A stretch of 63,107 nt of DNA, counting the filler, from Salisapilia sapeloensis CBS 127946 (Eukaryota; Protista; Oomycota): assembly GCA_023334545.1 (NCBI GenBank). It is 12 parts of 12 records of this genome, joined end to end, with 100 filler letters (N's around TTAATTAATTAA, not from the genome) between each part and the next. Parts side by side here need not be neighbours in the genome. Positions count along the whole stretch, not along the records: positions 61,002 to 63,107 come from JAADVB010000956.1; 11 more parts are not named here. One strand, 5' to 3'. Below are positions 62,381-63,107 of this stretch, piece by piece (position 1 is the first letter of the stretch; each line of letters starts with the position of its first letter). The position numbers and the translations under genes were made by a program. Under the pieces are notes generated by a model. That model ran no database searches, was not told where the DNA came from, and worked only from the letters and a program-made list of their open reading frames with translations.

Positions 62381-62989
62381 GCAGAATGAAACAACACAGT
62401 GGTTGTTGATGAGAAAGATTGGAAATGCGAAAGACTATGCTTAGAGAATCTATCTTTCAACGCAGAACGAGACATCAAAGGGAACATGAGATTTCGAAGG
62501 GTATGATACACTGGTGTTCTGACTATGACCAAGCTACAACCAATCTACGAACTTCATATTGGACCATCGGTAGTGTTGTATAGTTTGCATCGTAAGTCTC
62601 ACAGGTTCATGAAAAATGTTAGGGGAAGCCAAAAGTTAGAGCTACAAAATCGAATTGACCGCAAAAGTCGAATTTAAGAAGGTTTAAAACTGATGAGAGC
62701 ACAGGTGTATTTATTCATGGTCATTCTGTACTTCTACATCTATAAAGCTGTGTTCTTTGCGTAGATCATCGGGTATAATGCAAGGCACAATAGGCGATGT
62801 GAACAAACATGGATGAATTGTAATCGAAATCAATGTCTATATGTTTGGTGGTTCGGTCTACTCTTACGTCATTGTCCACTTTACATTAATATACACTTAT
62901 GTCGTCCGTTCCTCTGTCATGTCTTGGCGAGGAATCCTGTCGAGCGTATCCTCAGAAGCCTCCAGGTTGAAGTTGTATTCGATTTACTT

Positions 62990-63107
62990 GCAACATTGAG
63001 CTATTCGCCATTTCAATGGGACGGTGTACAGCGCAAGTCGCAAATATCGACCAATTATTTCGTTCACCATTGTACTGTGTCTGCTCCGAAATAAAAGCGA
63101 AGAGCTA
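62990..63107 (+). repeat. Another copy of the dispersed decayed element (matches the reverse complement of about 33865..33980)
   Basis: gagctattcgcc..tgggacgg..tacagcgca.gtcg..aat.tcg..caattatt....gtactgtgtctgctccgaaataa vs gagctcttcgct..tgggatggatacagtgcacgtcgaaaatgtcgctcaattatt...gtactgtgtctgttccgaaataa. Both read NY..H.TVS.PK*. Confidence 0.72.

Overview
Eukaryotic, gene-dense sequence that looks oomycete (stramenopile). The evidence is a GPCR-PIP5K fusion, M96-like bZIP/START-fold proteins, a FYVE+START protein, and short GT-AG introns (mostly 52-70 nt) with CTAAC/CTGAC-type branch points. The window is 12 contigs joined by 11 artificial 100-bp spacers (N-run + TTAATTAATTAA + N-run), so adjacency across spacers is not evidence of true linkage. 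About 25 intact or gap-truncated genes can be supported, plus several decayed ones. No rRNA, tRNA, CRISPR array or intact transposon was recognised. Main observations: (1) An 11-exon secreted LRR gene at 61002-62380 (-) that the ORF track misses entirely; each LRR sits on its own 60-72 nt phase-2/phase-2 exon. (2) A first contig bounded by two inward-facing paralogues that share identical tracts around a divergent basic-zipper segment, which could be an invertible or gene-converting cassette. (3) A dispersed decayed element that forms a fold-back at 33.5-34.3 kb next to LRR and DRC11 pseudogene fragments. (4) Enzymes with altered catalytic motifs (E(z)-like SET NH->NN; MDR dehydrogenase GHE->GSE) and a membrane-tethered expansin-like mucin. 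All alignments and splice models were done by eye. Family names come from motif recognition, not database searches.
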